A stretch of DNA of 38,746 bases from a virus (taxonomy: Duplodnaviria; Heunggongvirae; Uroviricota; Caudoviricetes). The notes beneath the pieces were generated by a model that ran no database searches, had not been told where the DNA came from, and saw nothing but the letters and a program-made list of their open reading frames with translations. Position 1 is the stretch's first letter. Every line of letters begins with the position of its first letter. Where the stretch lies: the IMG/VR virus record IMGVR_UViG_2740892229_000013; one strand, written 5' to 3'. Both the position numbers and the translations under genes were made by a program. Below, in pieces: positions 16,839 through 25,800 of the stretch.

Positions 16839-17714
16839 ATGCCATTACTGCGTGAAGAAGCTGAAAAGCTGTCTAACAACGAACTTGAACAGGGCGTGAT
16901 TGAAACCATCATCGATCGCGATGACCTGTTTGCCATCCTGCCTTTTATGAAAATTACTTCAAAGGCATATCTGTACAACCGTGAAAAAACGCTGAGTGAA
17001 GCTACCTTCATCGACGTTAACGACACCATCCCGGAAGGTGCAGCAACCTTCGAAGAATGCGTTGCGAAACTGCGTATTCTGGCTGGTGACGTAGACGTTG
17101 ATAAATTCCTGGCAACCACTATGGCCGACACCAATAACCAGTTGGCTATTCAGGTTCGTCAGAAAGTTAAAGGTCTGGCTCGTGCGTTCCGCCGCAACCT
17201 GATTTTGGGTGACTCCAGCTCCAACAACAAAGCGTTTGACGGCATTCCACGCCTGATGCACGCAGATCAGAAGATCGATATCGCCGGTGCATCTATGACT
17301 TTCTCTATGTTCGACGAACTGGTCGATGCGGTGAAAGATCTTGGTGCTGACTGCATCATGATGCGTTCAGAGCACCTGCGTGCTTATCGTGCGCTGCTGC
17401 GTACAGTAAACGTAGGTCCGTCTGAAATCATGATGGAGAACTTTGGTCGTCCGATGCTGTGTCATAACGGCGTTCCGTTCATCATCAACGACTTCATCCC
17501 GACCGATGCTGGCAAAGCAAGCATCTATTGCCTGCATCTGTCAGAAGAGAACGGCGTTACTGGTCTGTATGGCGGCGATAACGCAGGTATCGTTGTTGAA
17601 AACATTGGTACTGTACAGAACAAAGACGCAGTACGTACCCGTGTGAAGTGGTACTGCTCTCTGGCGAATAAGCACGATAAGGCTATCGCTGCACTGACCA
17701 ATGTAAAAATTTAA
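16839..17714 (+). CDS. major capsid protein
   Basis: 291 aa; follows scaffold; followed by strong terminator. Confidence 0.75.
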   Translation: MPLLREEAEKLSNNELEQGVIETIIDRDDLFAILPFMKITSKAYLYNREKTLSEATFIDVNDTIPEGAATFEECVAKLRILAGDVDVDKFLATTMADTNNQLAIQVRQKVKGLARAFRRNLILGDSSSNNKAFDGIPRLMHADQKIDIAGASMTFSMFDELVDAVKDLGADCIMMRSEHLRAYRALLRTVNVGPSEIMMENFGRPMLCHNGVPFIINDFIPTDAGKASIYCLHLSEENGVTGLYGGDNAGIVVENIGTVQNKDAVRTRVKWYCSLANKHDKAIAALTNVKI

Positions 17715-17724
17715 TCAGTGTGGT

Positions 17725-17740
17725 AGATAAGCAATTATCT
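17725..17740. promoter_or_regulatory. palindrome AGATAAGCAATTATCT
   Basis: Perfect 6+4+6 inverted repeat between capsid stop and terminator. Confidence 0.4.
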
Positions 17741-17747
17741 ATGTTTA

Positions 17748-17775
17748 AGGGTGGGCTATACGCCCACCCTTTTTG
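17748..17775 (+). terminator. rho-independent terminator after major capsid gene
   Basis: GGGTGGGC (17749-17756) / GCCCACCC (17762-17769) then TTTTT. Confidence 0.8.
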
Positions 17776-17787
17776 TAGGAGCAAGAA

Positions 17788-18708
17788 ATGCCAGAACAAA
17801 AGATGAAGATTACGGAAGAGGCATTTTCGGATTTTACGGGGCATATGTGCCGCGCCGGATTTACCAATTCTATCTCCGATGAACCTTTAACCGAGCGGCA
17901 ACAAAGTCAGCTATCTGCTTGTTTGCAGGCGGTTCCCCTCTCCCAATCCGTAAACATAACCCCGGCTTCACCGTCAGTTTTGGTTGGGAAAACTGTTCAA
18001 CTTAGTGCAGGTATTAGTATGGGTAAGAGTGCCAGTTCATTCACTTGGAAGTCAGCTAATGATCAAATTGCAGCCGTTAACGGCACTGGATTAGTAACTG
18101 GTGTAGCACCAGGCAAAGTAAAAATTACTGCAACTGATCAGGAAACCCAGCTTTCCGCGTCAGTGGAAGTCACCGTAAATCCGGTAGCCGTTCAATCCGT
18201 AACGGTAACGCCAGACTCAACCTCTGTTGAGAAAGGGAAATCAGTCAGTCTGAAAGCGAATGTTCAGCCGTCAAATGCGACGAATAAGGCTGTTACCTGG
18301 TCTTCAAAAAATGAAGATAAGGCAACGGTAGACCAGAGCGGGAACGTTACTGGTGTAGAAGTTGGCACTGCGACGATTGAGATCGTTTCCCAAGATGGCA
18401 GCAAAAAGGCAACTGCAACGGTGGAAGTAACTGCGCCTGTTGTGGCTGTTACCGGCGTCGAAATCGACCCAAATAGCACAACCGTTGAGGCAAACAAAAC
18501 TGTTCAGCTGACCGCAAATGTCGAGCCGGCAGGAGCAACAAATAAAACCGTTACTTGGGAATCCCAAAATACCGAGTTTGCAACGGTTGATAGCGAAACC
18601 GGTGTTGTAACTGGCGTTGCGGCTGGTACTGCCACAATCGAGGTTACTACCCAAGATGGTAGCCACAAAGCGACAGCGACCGTAGAAGTCACTGCTGCAC
18701 AGGAATAA
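17788..18708 (+). CDS. Ig-like (Big_2-type) triple-repeat protein, probable capsid decoration
   Basis: Three about 85-aa repeats of pattern VTVTP..KAVTW.S.N...ATVD..G.VTGV..GTATI. Confidence 0.7.
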   Translation: MPEQKMKITEEAFSDFTGHMCRAGFTNSISDEPLTERQQSQLSACLQAVPLSQSVNITPASPSVLVGKTVQLSAGISMGKSASSFTWKSANDQIAAVNGTGLVTGVAPGKVKITATDQETQLSASVEVTVNPVAVQSVTVTPDSTSVEKGKSVSLKANVQPSNATNKAVTWSSKNEDKATVDQSGNVTGVEVGTATIEIVSQDGSKKATATVEVTAPVVAVTGVEIDPNSTTVEANKTVQLTANVEPAGATNKTVTWESQNTEFATVDSETGVVTGVAAGTATIEVTTQDGSHKATATVEVTAAQE

Positions 18709-18752
18709 TCAATATTGGGCGGCGAAAGCCGCCCATGTAGAGAGAAAGCGTT

Positions 18753-19187
18753 ATGAAACCAGCAAAAATTGTTTTATTAGAACCGCAATTTTCCGGTTAT
18801 TCGGGAATGCTGTGTGGCGTTCAGTTCGAGAACGGGGTATCCGTAGCGGAGTTGCCTTTTATCGATCAGCAGAGGATTTGTGCTTCAATGCGAGCGTCAA
18901 CAGTAGAGGGCAAAAATGTTTCTCCGTCTGCCGCATACAGTGATCGTGGTGAATTGACAGCAGACCTGATTACCGAGCCAGCAGCGCCTGACATTGTGCC
19001 AATGAAACGTGGGACACCAGATGAACCGGCCAAACAGATCCAGACTTTCACACGAGAAGAGCTGGAGTCAATTGCAGACAACGAAGGTATTGCCGGTCTA
19101 CGAGTTATTGGTAATCAGGTTGGTGTCAAAGCGAAAGGAATTGTCGAAATGATTGACGGCATCCTGAAAGCACAAGGTGGTGAGTAA
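18753..19187 (+). CDS. hypothetical virion protein
   Basis: ORF with RBS; in head-tail joining region. Confidence 0.45.
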   Translation: MKPAKIVLLEPQFSGYSGMLCGVQFENGVSVAELPFIDQQRICASMRASTVEGKNVSPSAAYSDRGELTADLITEPAAPDIVPMKRGTPDEPAKQIQTFTREELESIADNEGIAGLRVIGNQVGVKAKGIVEMIDGILKAQGGE

Positions 19188-20020
19188 TGGCGCAGATCGA
19201 CTCGTATCGTAGCGGTGAAGCTGTTTCTCTTTCATTTGCCTTCAACGTGCTGGATATCGAATCTGCCACCTACACAGTAAAGGACAGCACCGGGGCTATT
19301 CTCGTTGATGGCGAGCCGCTAGAAATTACCAACGGTCAAATGTCGATTCCGGTTGTCGTGTCGGCTGAATATAACCAGCTCTCTGAGAAAGAGCGAGATC
19401 TGCGGTACGTCATTGTGAAGGCTGTTGCATCGGGCCTGACGCATGAAGAGCGTCAAATGTATGTTCTGCTGAATACTTTTGAACTGTCGATACCAGAACA
19501 GTCGTTTGCAACTGTCGCTGATGCTCAAATGCAGGCGATCGATATGCTGAATGGGGACACTTTGCTGTCGGATGGTGAAGGCTTAATGCGCAAGCGTCTC
19601 ATTGAGGCTACCAGACGAATTAAAACTTTACCGTTCTCAATCCGCAAAATTCTACGTATCGACTTTGACCGATACGATCGCCCTCAAAATATGCTGAATG
19701 TGTATGACATTCCGTGGGGAGCAGATGGAGCGTACCGGCATGATTTAGTCGATTGGGAAAAGATGACGCAGGAGAAGTTTGAAGAGTTCCCTGACTACTT
19801 CAAAGAAGCGTTGATGCTTGCCGTTGTCAACGAAGCGTGTGAGATCGCAAATGGCAATGATGTAGCCGCAGCACGAGAGGATGGCATTTTGTCAGAGTCC
19901 ATCGGTGAAACAACCAACATGTACCGTACCGGTAAAGCTGCAAACGTGCATGTGGCTCGTAGTACCTGGCGCTTGCTGGTCAGTTACATCAACAACCGTA
20001 TGATTGTTCGCCGTGCGTAA
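19187..20020 (+). CDS. hypothetical virion protein (277 aa)
   Basis: ATG overlaps upstream stop (TAATG). Confidence 0.45.
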   Translation: MAQIDSYRSGEAVSLSFAFNVLDIESATYTVKDSTGAILVDGEPLEITNGQMSIPVVVSAEYNQLSEKERDLRYVIVKAVASGLTHEERQMYVLLNTFELSIPEQSFATVADAQMQAIDMLNGDTLLSDGEGLMRKRLIEATRRIKTLPFSIRKILRIDFDRYDRPQNMLNVYDIPWGADGAYRHDLVDWEKMTQEKFEEFPDYFKEALMLAVVNEACEIANGNDVAAAREDGILSESIGETTNMYRTGKAANVHVARSTWRLLVSYINNRMIVRRA

Positions 20021-20099
20021 CGCCAGTCGCATTATTTACTTTTGGTCTAAAGGGTTTTTGGCCAGTAATGAGAGCGACCGACAACAACAGGGAGAGAGC

Positions 20100-20444
20100 A
20101 TGAATATTTCATGGCAAACAGAAATTGCGATCTACCGCTTTGGCGCAAAGAACGTTTACGGTGAGGCGCAATTACAATTCGTCAGGAAGACGAATGTCGG
20201 CGTGGTTAAGTTCGAACAGAGTAATGAGAAATCGTCAGTTCGTGCTGATAGCTCTGGTAGTCGTGGTAAGGCGAGTCTGGAGCTGTTTGATGCTGTGTTA
20301 GTTGTCCCTTTGGAAGCGGCTGTACAACTTGATGATGTACTGATCCTTGAAGGTCAAAAATTAAAGGTGTCCAGTGTTCATCGCCGCTGGGGGCTACGAG
20401 GAAGACCTGGGCATCTTGAAGTAGGGGCGAATATATGGGTCTGA
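20100..20444 (+). CDS. hypothetical head-tail joining protein
   Basis: ORF track 20004..20444; GGGAGAGAG RBS favours ATG 20100. Confidence 0.4.
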   Translation: MNISWQTEIAIYRFGAKNVYGEAQLQFVRKTNVGVVKFEQSNEKSSVRADSSGSRGKASLELFDAVLVVPLEAAVQLDDVLILEGQKLKVSSVHRRWGLRGRPGHLEVGANIWV

Positions 20445-20908
20445 AATACGATGCGCATCAGTTCAAACGTGCGGGGAATAGACTCAACAACAGCCAGAAA
20501 GCATTTAAGCGATATCTTATTCGGGACATGGAAAAGCTGGCGCGTTTGGTTGAGCGTCTCAGCCGTGCAATGGCCCCGCTGGAAACCGGATCTCTGGAGA
20601 CAGCCATCTTTGCCAGGGTGATTAAAGAAGGTTATTCAGGGCTGCGTATTGAGCTTTCTGTGTCTGGAGCAAAACCACGTCAGGGGCATCCGGGCGTAGA
20701 AGTAGGTGACTATGCTAAGTACATGGAGCTGGGTAAATACCGACTCGGTTATCTTTCTCGAATGAAGAACGTGACAAACCCACCAATTGCCGGTGTTAAA
20801 CCCCGTGTTGGGCCACACTTTCTGGAAAGAGCGGTGGAAATTAGCGAGAAGCAGTTCTCAGAAGCGATTCTTGAGGCTGCCAGAAAAGCCGGATTTACGA
20901 GAGGTTAA
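20435..20908 (+). CDS. hypothetical head-tail joining protein
   Basis: Overlaps upstream gene end; position. Confidence 0.45.
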   Translation: MGLKYDAHQFKRAGNRLNNSQKAFKRYLIRDMEKLARLVERLSRAMAPLETGSLETAIFARVIKEGYSGLRIELSVSGAKPRQGHPGVEVGDYAKYMELGKYRLGYLSRMKNVTNPPIAGVKPRVGPHFLERAVEISEKQFSEAILEAARKAGFTRG

Positions 20909-20909
20909 T

Positions 20910-21293
20910 GTGTTTATTGAAGCGTTTGCAAGTTTGATGCAGAAGGCAAAGATTGGCACGGTCGGGACTGACATTTTCTGTCACTACTTGCCTGCCAATG
21001 TGAAATCTGGCGTCCTGCTTATTAACCCAAATACCGGTATCAGCATCGATCATGAGCTACAGGGCTTTTATCTCGAATCATTCACAATCATTGTGCGTGG
21101 TTCGTCAATTACTACGACGGTTGAGAAAGCCAATAAAATCATTGAGATGTTTCCAGTAGAGGAAACGGAATCTGGTGGTGTTTATTTTCGACTTGTACGA
21201 CCGATGGCGATGCCAATCATTTATCCCAAAAATGATGGGGCATTAATAGAAGCAGGCATTCCTGTTGAATTTGCTGGCTATTTATTGAATTAA
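20910..21293 (+). CDS. hypothetical tail completion/terminator-like protein (GTG start)
   Basis: ORF track 20787..21293 overlaps upstream gene by 122 nt; GAGAGG RBS supports GTG 20910, 2 nt after upstream stop. Confidence 0.4.
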   Translation: MFIEAFASLMQKAKIGTVGTDIFCHYLPANVKSGVLLINPNTGISIDHELQGFYLESFTIIVRGSSITTTVEKANKIIEMFPVEETESGGVYFRLVRPMAMPIIYPKNDGALIEAGIPVEFAGYLLN

Positions 21294-21299
21294 CTCAAT

Positions 21300-21319
21300 T
21301 AGTAAGTATATACTTACTA
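21300..21319. promoter_or_regulatory. 20-bp perfect palindrome TAGTAAGTATATACTTACTA
   Basis: Upstream of major tail gene. Confidence 0.5.
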
Positions 21320-21367
21320 TTAGCGCAATGAATGCGTAGAATTAACGGAAAAAGGAGTTTTCCATCA

Positions 21368-22114
21368 ATGTCTAATACCCATGTAAAAAACATCAAACTT
21401 GGTGCCTGTAAGGTGTCGTTTGGTGGTGTGGATTTGGGTTACACCAAAGGTGGTGTTCAGGTTGAAGTAGCCACTGAAACGCTGAAAGTCACCGTCGATC
21501 AGTTGGGGCAGACCGTAATTTCCGAATTAGTTCAGGGGCGCAACATTACCATCACCGCGCCTCTGGCTGAGTCTGTACTCCAAAACATGGTTGACCTGAT
21601 GCCTGGTTCTACTCTGAGCGAAGATGACAACTCTGTCACGATCACATCTGCACAGGGCGTTAACCTGATTGATGTGGCGAAGGAGCTGGTTCTGACTCCG
21701 CAGGACACCACCGACTATGTGTTGACCATCCCGAAAGCGGCAACCGCGGGCAACTTCACTATGACCTACCAGTCTGATGATGTTCGTGTGTTCTCTGTTC
21801 AGTTCAGCGCATACCCTGATGACGAAGGCGTTCTGGGAAGAATGAGCGGCCCTAAACCGGTAAAAACTGTGTCGATCGCACCGGAATCTCCAACCGTAAA
21901 AGCTGGAGAAACTGTGCAACTGACAGCCGAAATCACTCCAGCTGATGCCGCAGACAAAACCGGTGTTTGGGAATCCGAAGACCAGGAAAAGGCCACGGTA
22001 GATCAAACGGGTCTGGTACGTGGTGTGGCGCAGGGTTCTACAAATATCTCCTTCACCAGCAATAGCGGTGGTAAGAAGGCAACTAAATCAGTAACGATTA
22101 ACCCCGCAGATTAA
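21368..22114 (+). CDS. major tail protein with C-terminal Ig-like domain
   Basis: ORF track 21332..22114; GGAG RBS favours ATG 21368; C-terminal Big_2-like segment; terminator follows. Confidence 0.7.
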   Translation: MSNTHVKNIKLGACKVSFGGVDLGYTKGGVQVEVATETLKVTVDQLGQTVISELVQGRNITITAPLAESVLQNMVDLMPGSTLSEDDNSVTITSAQGVNLIDVAKELVLTPQDTTDYVLTIPKAATAGNFTMTYQSDDVRVFSVQFSAYPDDEGVLGRMSGPKPVKTVSIAPESPTVKAGETVQLTAEITPADAADKTGVWESEDQEKATVDQTGLVRGVAQGSTNISFTSNSGGKKATKSVTINPAD

Positions 22115-22127
22115 TCAGTAATTAAGC

Positions 22128-22156
22128 AGAGGCTCAGGATGGGCCTCTCTTTTAAA
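22128..22156 (+). terminator. rho-independent terminator after major tail gene
   Basis: AGAGGC / GCCTCT stem then CTTTT. Confidence 0.55.
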
Positions 22157-22169
22157 AGGATTTTAACCA

Positions 22170-22487
22170 ATGACCAAATTACTCGATCTCGATTCCATTC
22201 TGCCTCCGAAGAAACGCATCAAATTTGGCGGTCAGGAATATCCCATCGTTGAAATGACGGTAGGTCTGTTCGTTTCCATCAAGCAGATGGAAGGTAAAGA
22301 TCTCATGAACATGTCTCCTGTTGAGCAAGTGACAGCTTATGCAGATCTGGTTCGTAAGGTTATCCCTTCAGTACCTGACGAAGTTCTTGAAAAACTGACT
22401 GTTCCGCAACTCCAGCAGATCTTCACCTTCGCTATGGAAGTGATTGATGAAGAAAACGAAAAAGCGGCTGGCGAAGGGGCAAAGTAA
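22170..22487 (+). CDS. tail assembly chaperone (G-like)
   Basis: 105 aa acidic protein directly upstream of tape measure gene. Confidence 0.6.
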   Translation: MTKLLDLDSILPPKKRIKFGGQEYPIVEMTVGLFVSIKQMEGKDLMNMSPVEQVTAYADLVRKVIPSVPDEVLEKLTVPQLQQIFTFAMEVIDEENEKAAGEGAK

Positions 22488-22837
22488 TTTCCCGCGATGA
22501 ATCCGGGACAAGGACCGTCTCAATAGATCTCGGATTCTATTTCAGTCGTGTAGTTGCTCACTACGCCGTGTCGCCATTAGAGCTACTGAACGTTCCTCTC
22601 ACGATGTTCTGGATGCTCAGTCGCAATATAGACCGTCTGCGTGCGGAAGAGGATGTCCGCAACTTACAAGTCGCTCGTGCGTCCCAGGCGGATGGCGAGG
22701 CTGTGAAGGCGTTCATGGAGGGTTTGCAACTCAGGATTGGAAGACCAGTCGTAACAGATAAAGTCTACGATCCAAGCCAGGATAAGGCAGACCCTGACGC
22801 CAAAGAGCAACTGATGCAAATATTTGGCAGAGGATGA
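22451..22837 (+). CDS. -1 frame extension (T-like) of tail assembly chaperone, predicted programmed frameshift product
   Basis: -1 frame is open from 22451 to TGA 22835-22837 and overlaps the last 12 codons of G; candidate slip site GAAAAAG 22458-22464. Confidence 0.4.
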   Translation, partial: RKRKSGWRRGKVISRDESGTRTVSIDLGFYFSRVVAHYAVSPLELLNVPLTMFWMLSRNIDRLRAEEDVRNLQVARASQADGEAVKAFMEGLQLRIGRPVVTDKVYDPSQDKADPDAKEQLMQIFGRG

Positions 22838-22844
22838 CAAGGGA

Positions 22845-25800
22845 ATGTCACAAAACGTAGAGTTTATCCTGTCGCTGGAAGACAAACAGTTTACAGCGTC
22901 AATCGATCGTGCGGGGAAACTGCTTACTCGATTTGGTGAGCAGGTAACAAAGCCTGCTCAAAAAATCCAAACCTTTGAACGCTCTTTGGGTTCGGTCGCC
23001 CGTATCATTGGCGTTCTGGAAAGCAAGCTCGATTCTACGGCAGATAAACTACAGGATGTAGCTGCCGGTTTTGAGCTTGCTTCAGATGCTACGCGTAAAA
23101 TGCGTGGCAACATCACCAGCCTCAATTCTGGTCTTAAAGCCCTGATTGAGCGCGTCGATACGACAACTTCTTCAGTAGATAAACTCACCGCGTCATTGCG
23201 TAAAGTGCAATCAGAGCTAAATGATTTCTCTGATTGGGCGACCTATGCAAGCAAAAGCGCAAGCCGCTTTGGTACGGAGGTCAAAGAAGCCTCTGTGTCC
23301 GTGAGTGGCATGAATACGCGCCTTAATACCACGACGAAGCGACTCAGTAATTGGGGTGTCACAACGAGTCAGGCTGCCGAGGGACTGAAAAAGGTTCGTG
23401 AGCAGATGGACGAAGTTATCGGACGTCAGCAACTGATTAGCAAGCCGGTACGCGTTCGTACATCTGGAAGTGGCGATGGTGGTAGCGGGCGGCGTAGCGG
23501 CGCTTCTGGCCATAGCGGTAAAAGTAACGAAGGAGGTATGTTCTCTGGCCTTCGTGGCAACATTTTCCTGCTTGGCGAGATCGGAGATGCAGCCAGAACG
23601 GTTACTGACATCATGTTTGGGTGGCAGAAGCCTATTGTTGAAGCTGCGGCCGAAATGGAACGTATGCGGGTGATGCTTCGAGGGTTGAATAAGGAGAAGT
23701 CCAACCCGGGCCAGGCTGCCGCTGATGATATGAAGTACATCGTAGACATGGCTCAAAATGCGCCGTTCGCGATGCAGGCGTTAACAGACTCCTTCGTGAA
23801 GTTTCGTTCTGCTGGCTTAGATCCAACCGATGGTTCTCTGAAGGCGCTGGTGGACTCCGTTGCTCGTTTTGGTGGTGATAGTGAGCTGTTGAAACGTGCG
23901 GCTGTGGCCGTTCAGCAGATGTCCGGTAAGGGCGTTGTGTCAATGGAAGAGCTACGTCAGCAATTAGGTGAAGCCGTTCCTAACGCGATGCAGGCAATGG
24001 CAGACGCCGCAGGCATCACTATGGGGGAACTGACTAAAGCCGTTGCCAGCGGTACGGTTGAGGCAAAACAGGCGTTGTCTCTGATGTTTGTTGGTCTGCG
24101 TGCGGAGAATGAGAACGCAGCGAAAGACATGATGCAAACCTACACAGGTGCGCTGGCGCAACTTCAGACGTCATTCACGTTATTTGCTGATCGGGTTGGT
24201 CAGGCCGGATATCTGGATTCTCTATCGAAGGGGATGAAAGAACTGGCTTCAATCATGAATAGCGCCGAAGGGATTTCGTTTGCCAATTCTTTAGGTTCGG
24301 GGTTAACAACGGCAATCGATGGGTTGCGTCAGCTTGCTCAATGGTTAGCAAAGAACCAAGAGCTGGTAATTAATCTCGGTAAGGTCGTGGCCGCGATGGT
24401 TGCGTTCAAACTGATGCGAGCAGGGATCATGGGGGTAGTTGGCGCAGGCAGCCAGATGGTTAGCACCTTTGCCACGATGGCGACAGCCATACAGACTCCA
24501 TTTAACCTCGGCGCTACAGCAGTAACCCGATTCAATCGTGCGGCACGTATGGGGCTGGCTCCGATCCCCTCTCTTATTTTCGCCATCCGTGGGGCGATTA
24601 CGGGGCTTAAAGGCGCTTTTGCTGGATTAACGGCGTTCATTGCAGCAAACCCTATAGGGGCAGCATTTACAGTTGCCACTGTAGCTGTTGCTGGCCTAAT
24701 CACGTACATGACCATGCTCCGCAGCGAAACTTCAAAGGTCGTTGACGAGATTAGGAAAATACCAGAGGCGATGACAGCGGCCAAACGAGCACAGATGGCC
24801 GATCGCGCAGAAAAGCTCGAAAAGCAGATTCTCGCTGATCAACGAGCATTAAAAAATGGTGAGGGCGTTAATTACGTATCTAACTCTGCCGGTGTTATTA
24901 CTCACAAAGAGTCGAAGGCTGACATCGAAGCACGCCTGAAAAAAAATCAGGAAGAGTATCAAAAGATAACCGGCACGATAGCTCTTGGTGACGGCGCTGT
25001 AGCAAAGCGTTTGGCTAAAGAGGCTGCCGAATCTCAGATTGAGAAAATTCGAGCGGAAAACCAGATTTTCGCGGCAACATTCGTGAAAGCCCGGCAGGAG
25101 GCTCTGGATAAGATCCAGAAAATCAATGATGACGGTTCACTTTCAGATGACGAAAAGAACAAGCTATTGGCACCGTTACGTGAAACGGTAAACAAAAGCT
25201 ATCTGGAGCCTGCGCAAAAACTGGTTGATTCACTTTCTTCTCGTAAGAATGCGACCGAGAAGCAAATCGCGACTCTTAATGATCAGCTTGAAAAAGCCAA
25301 AAAGGATGGAAATACCGAGCAGATCCAGAAACTGCAAGGCAGTATTCGTGGTTATCAGGAGCATTTGGAAGCCGTTGCTCAGGAGCTGACTCAGGCAGAG
25401 TTCGAGAGAGATAACGCGGCCAAAACTGGTAAGGGCGTAATGTCAAACCAGGGGACTGTTCTTGGGTTAGGTACAACTGATAAAGCTGCTCAGAAGGCGC
25501 TGGCGCAATATATGCGAAACCAGATGGATTCTGCGACTTATCAACGTACTTTGCCTGACGGCACTCCGATGATGGACTTCGAAGGTAAGCCGATTATTGG
25601 GCCTAAACAACTCAAGACGCAGCTTAATTTGCAGAAAGCATCCAGCGCCAGCTCTCTGGAGAAAATGAGCGATGAAGAGCGTGCCGCAGCCATTGCTGCA
25701 CTGACTAAAGCTCGTGAACAGGATGCAGCAGCTGCCGAGAAAGCAGCCCAACGATCAGCTAACGCCTCGCAGCGTGCGGCCAAGAAGGAACAGGCAGCGC

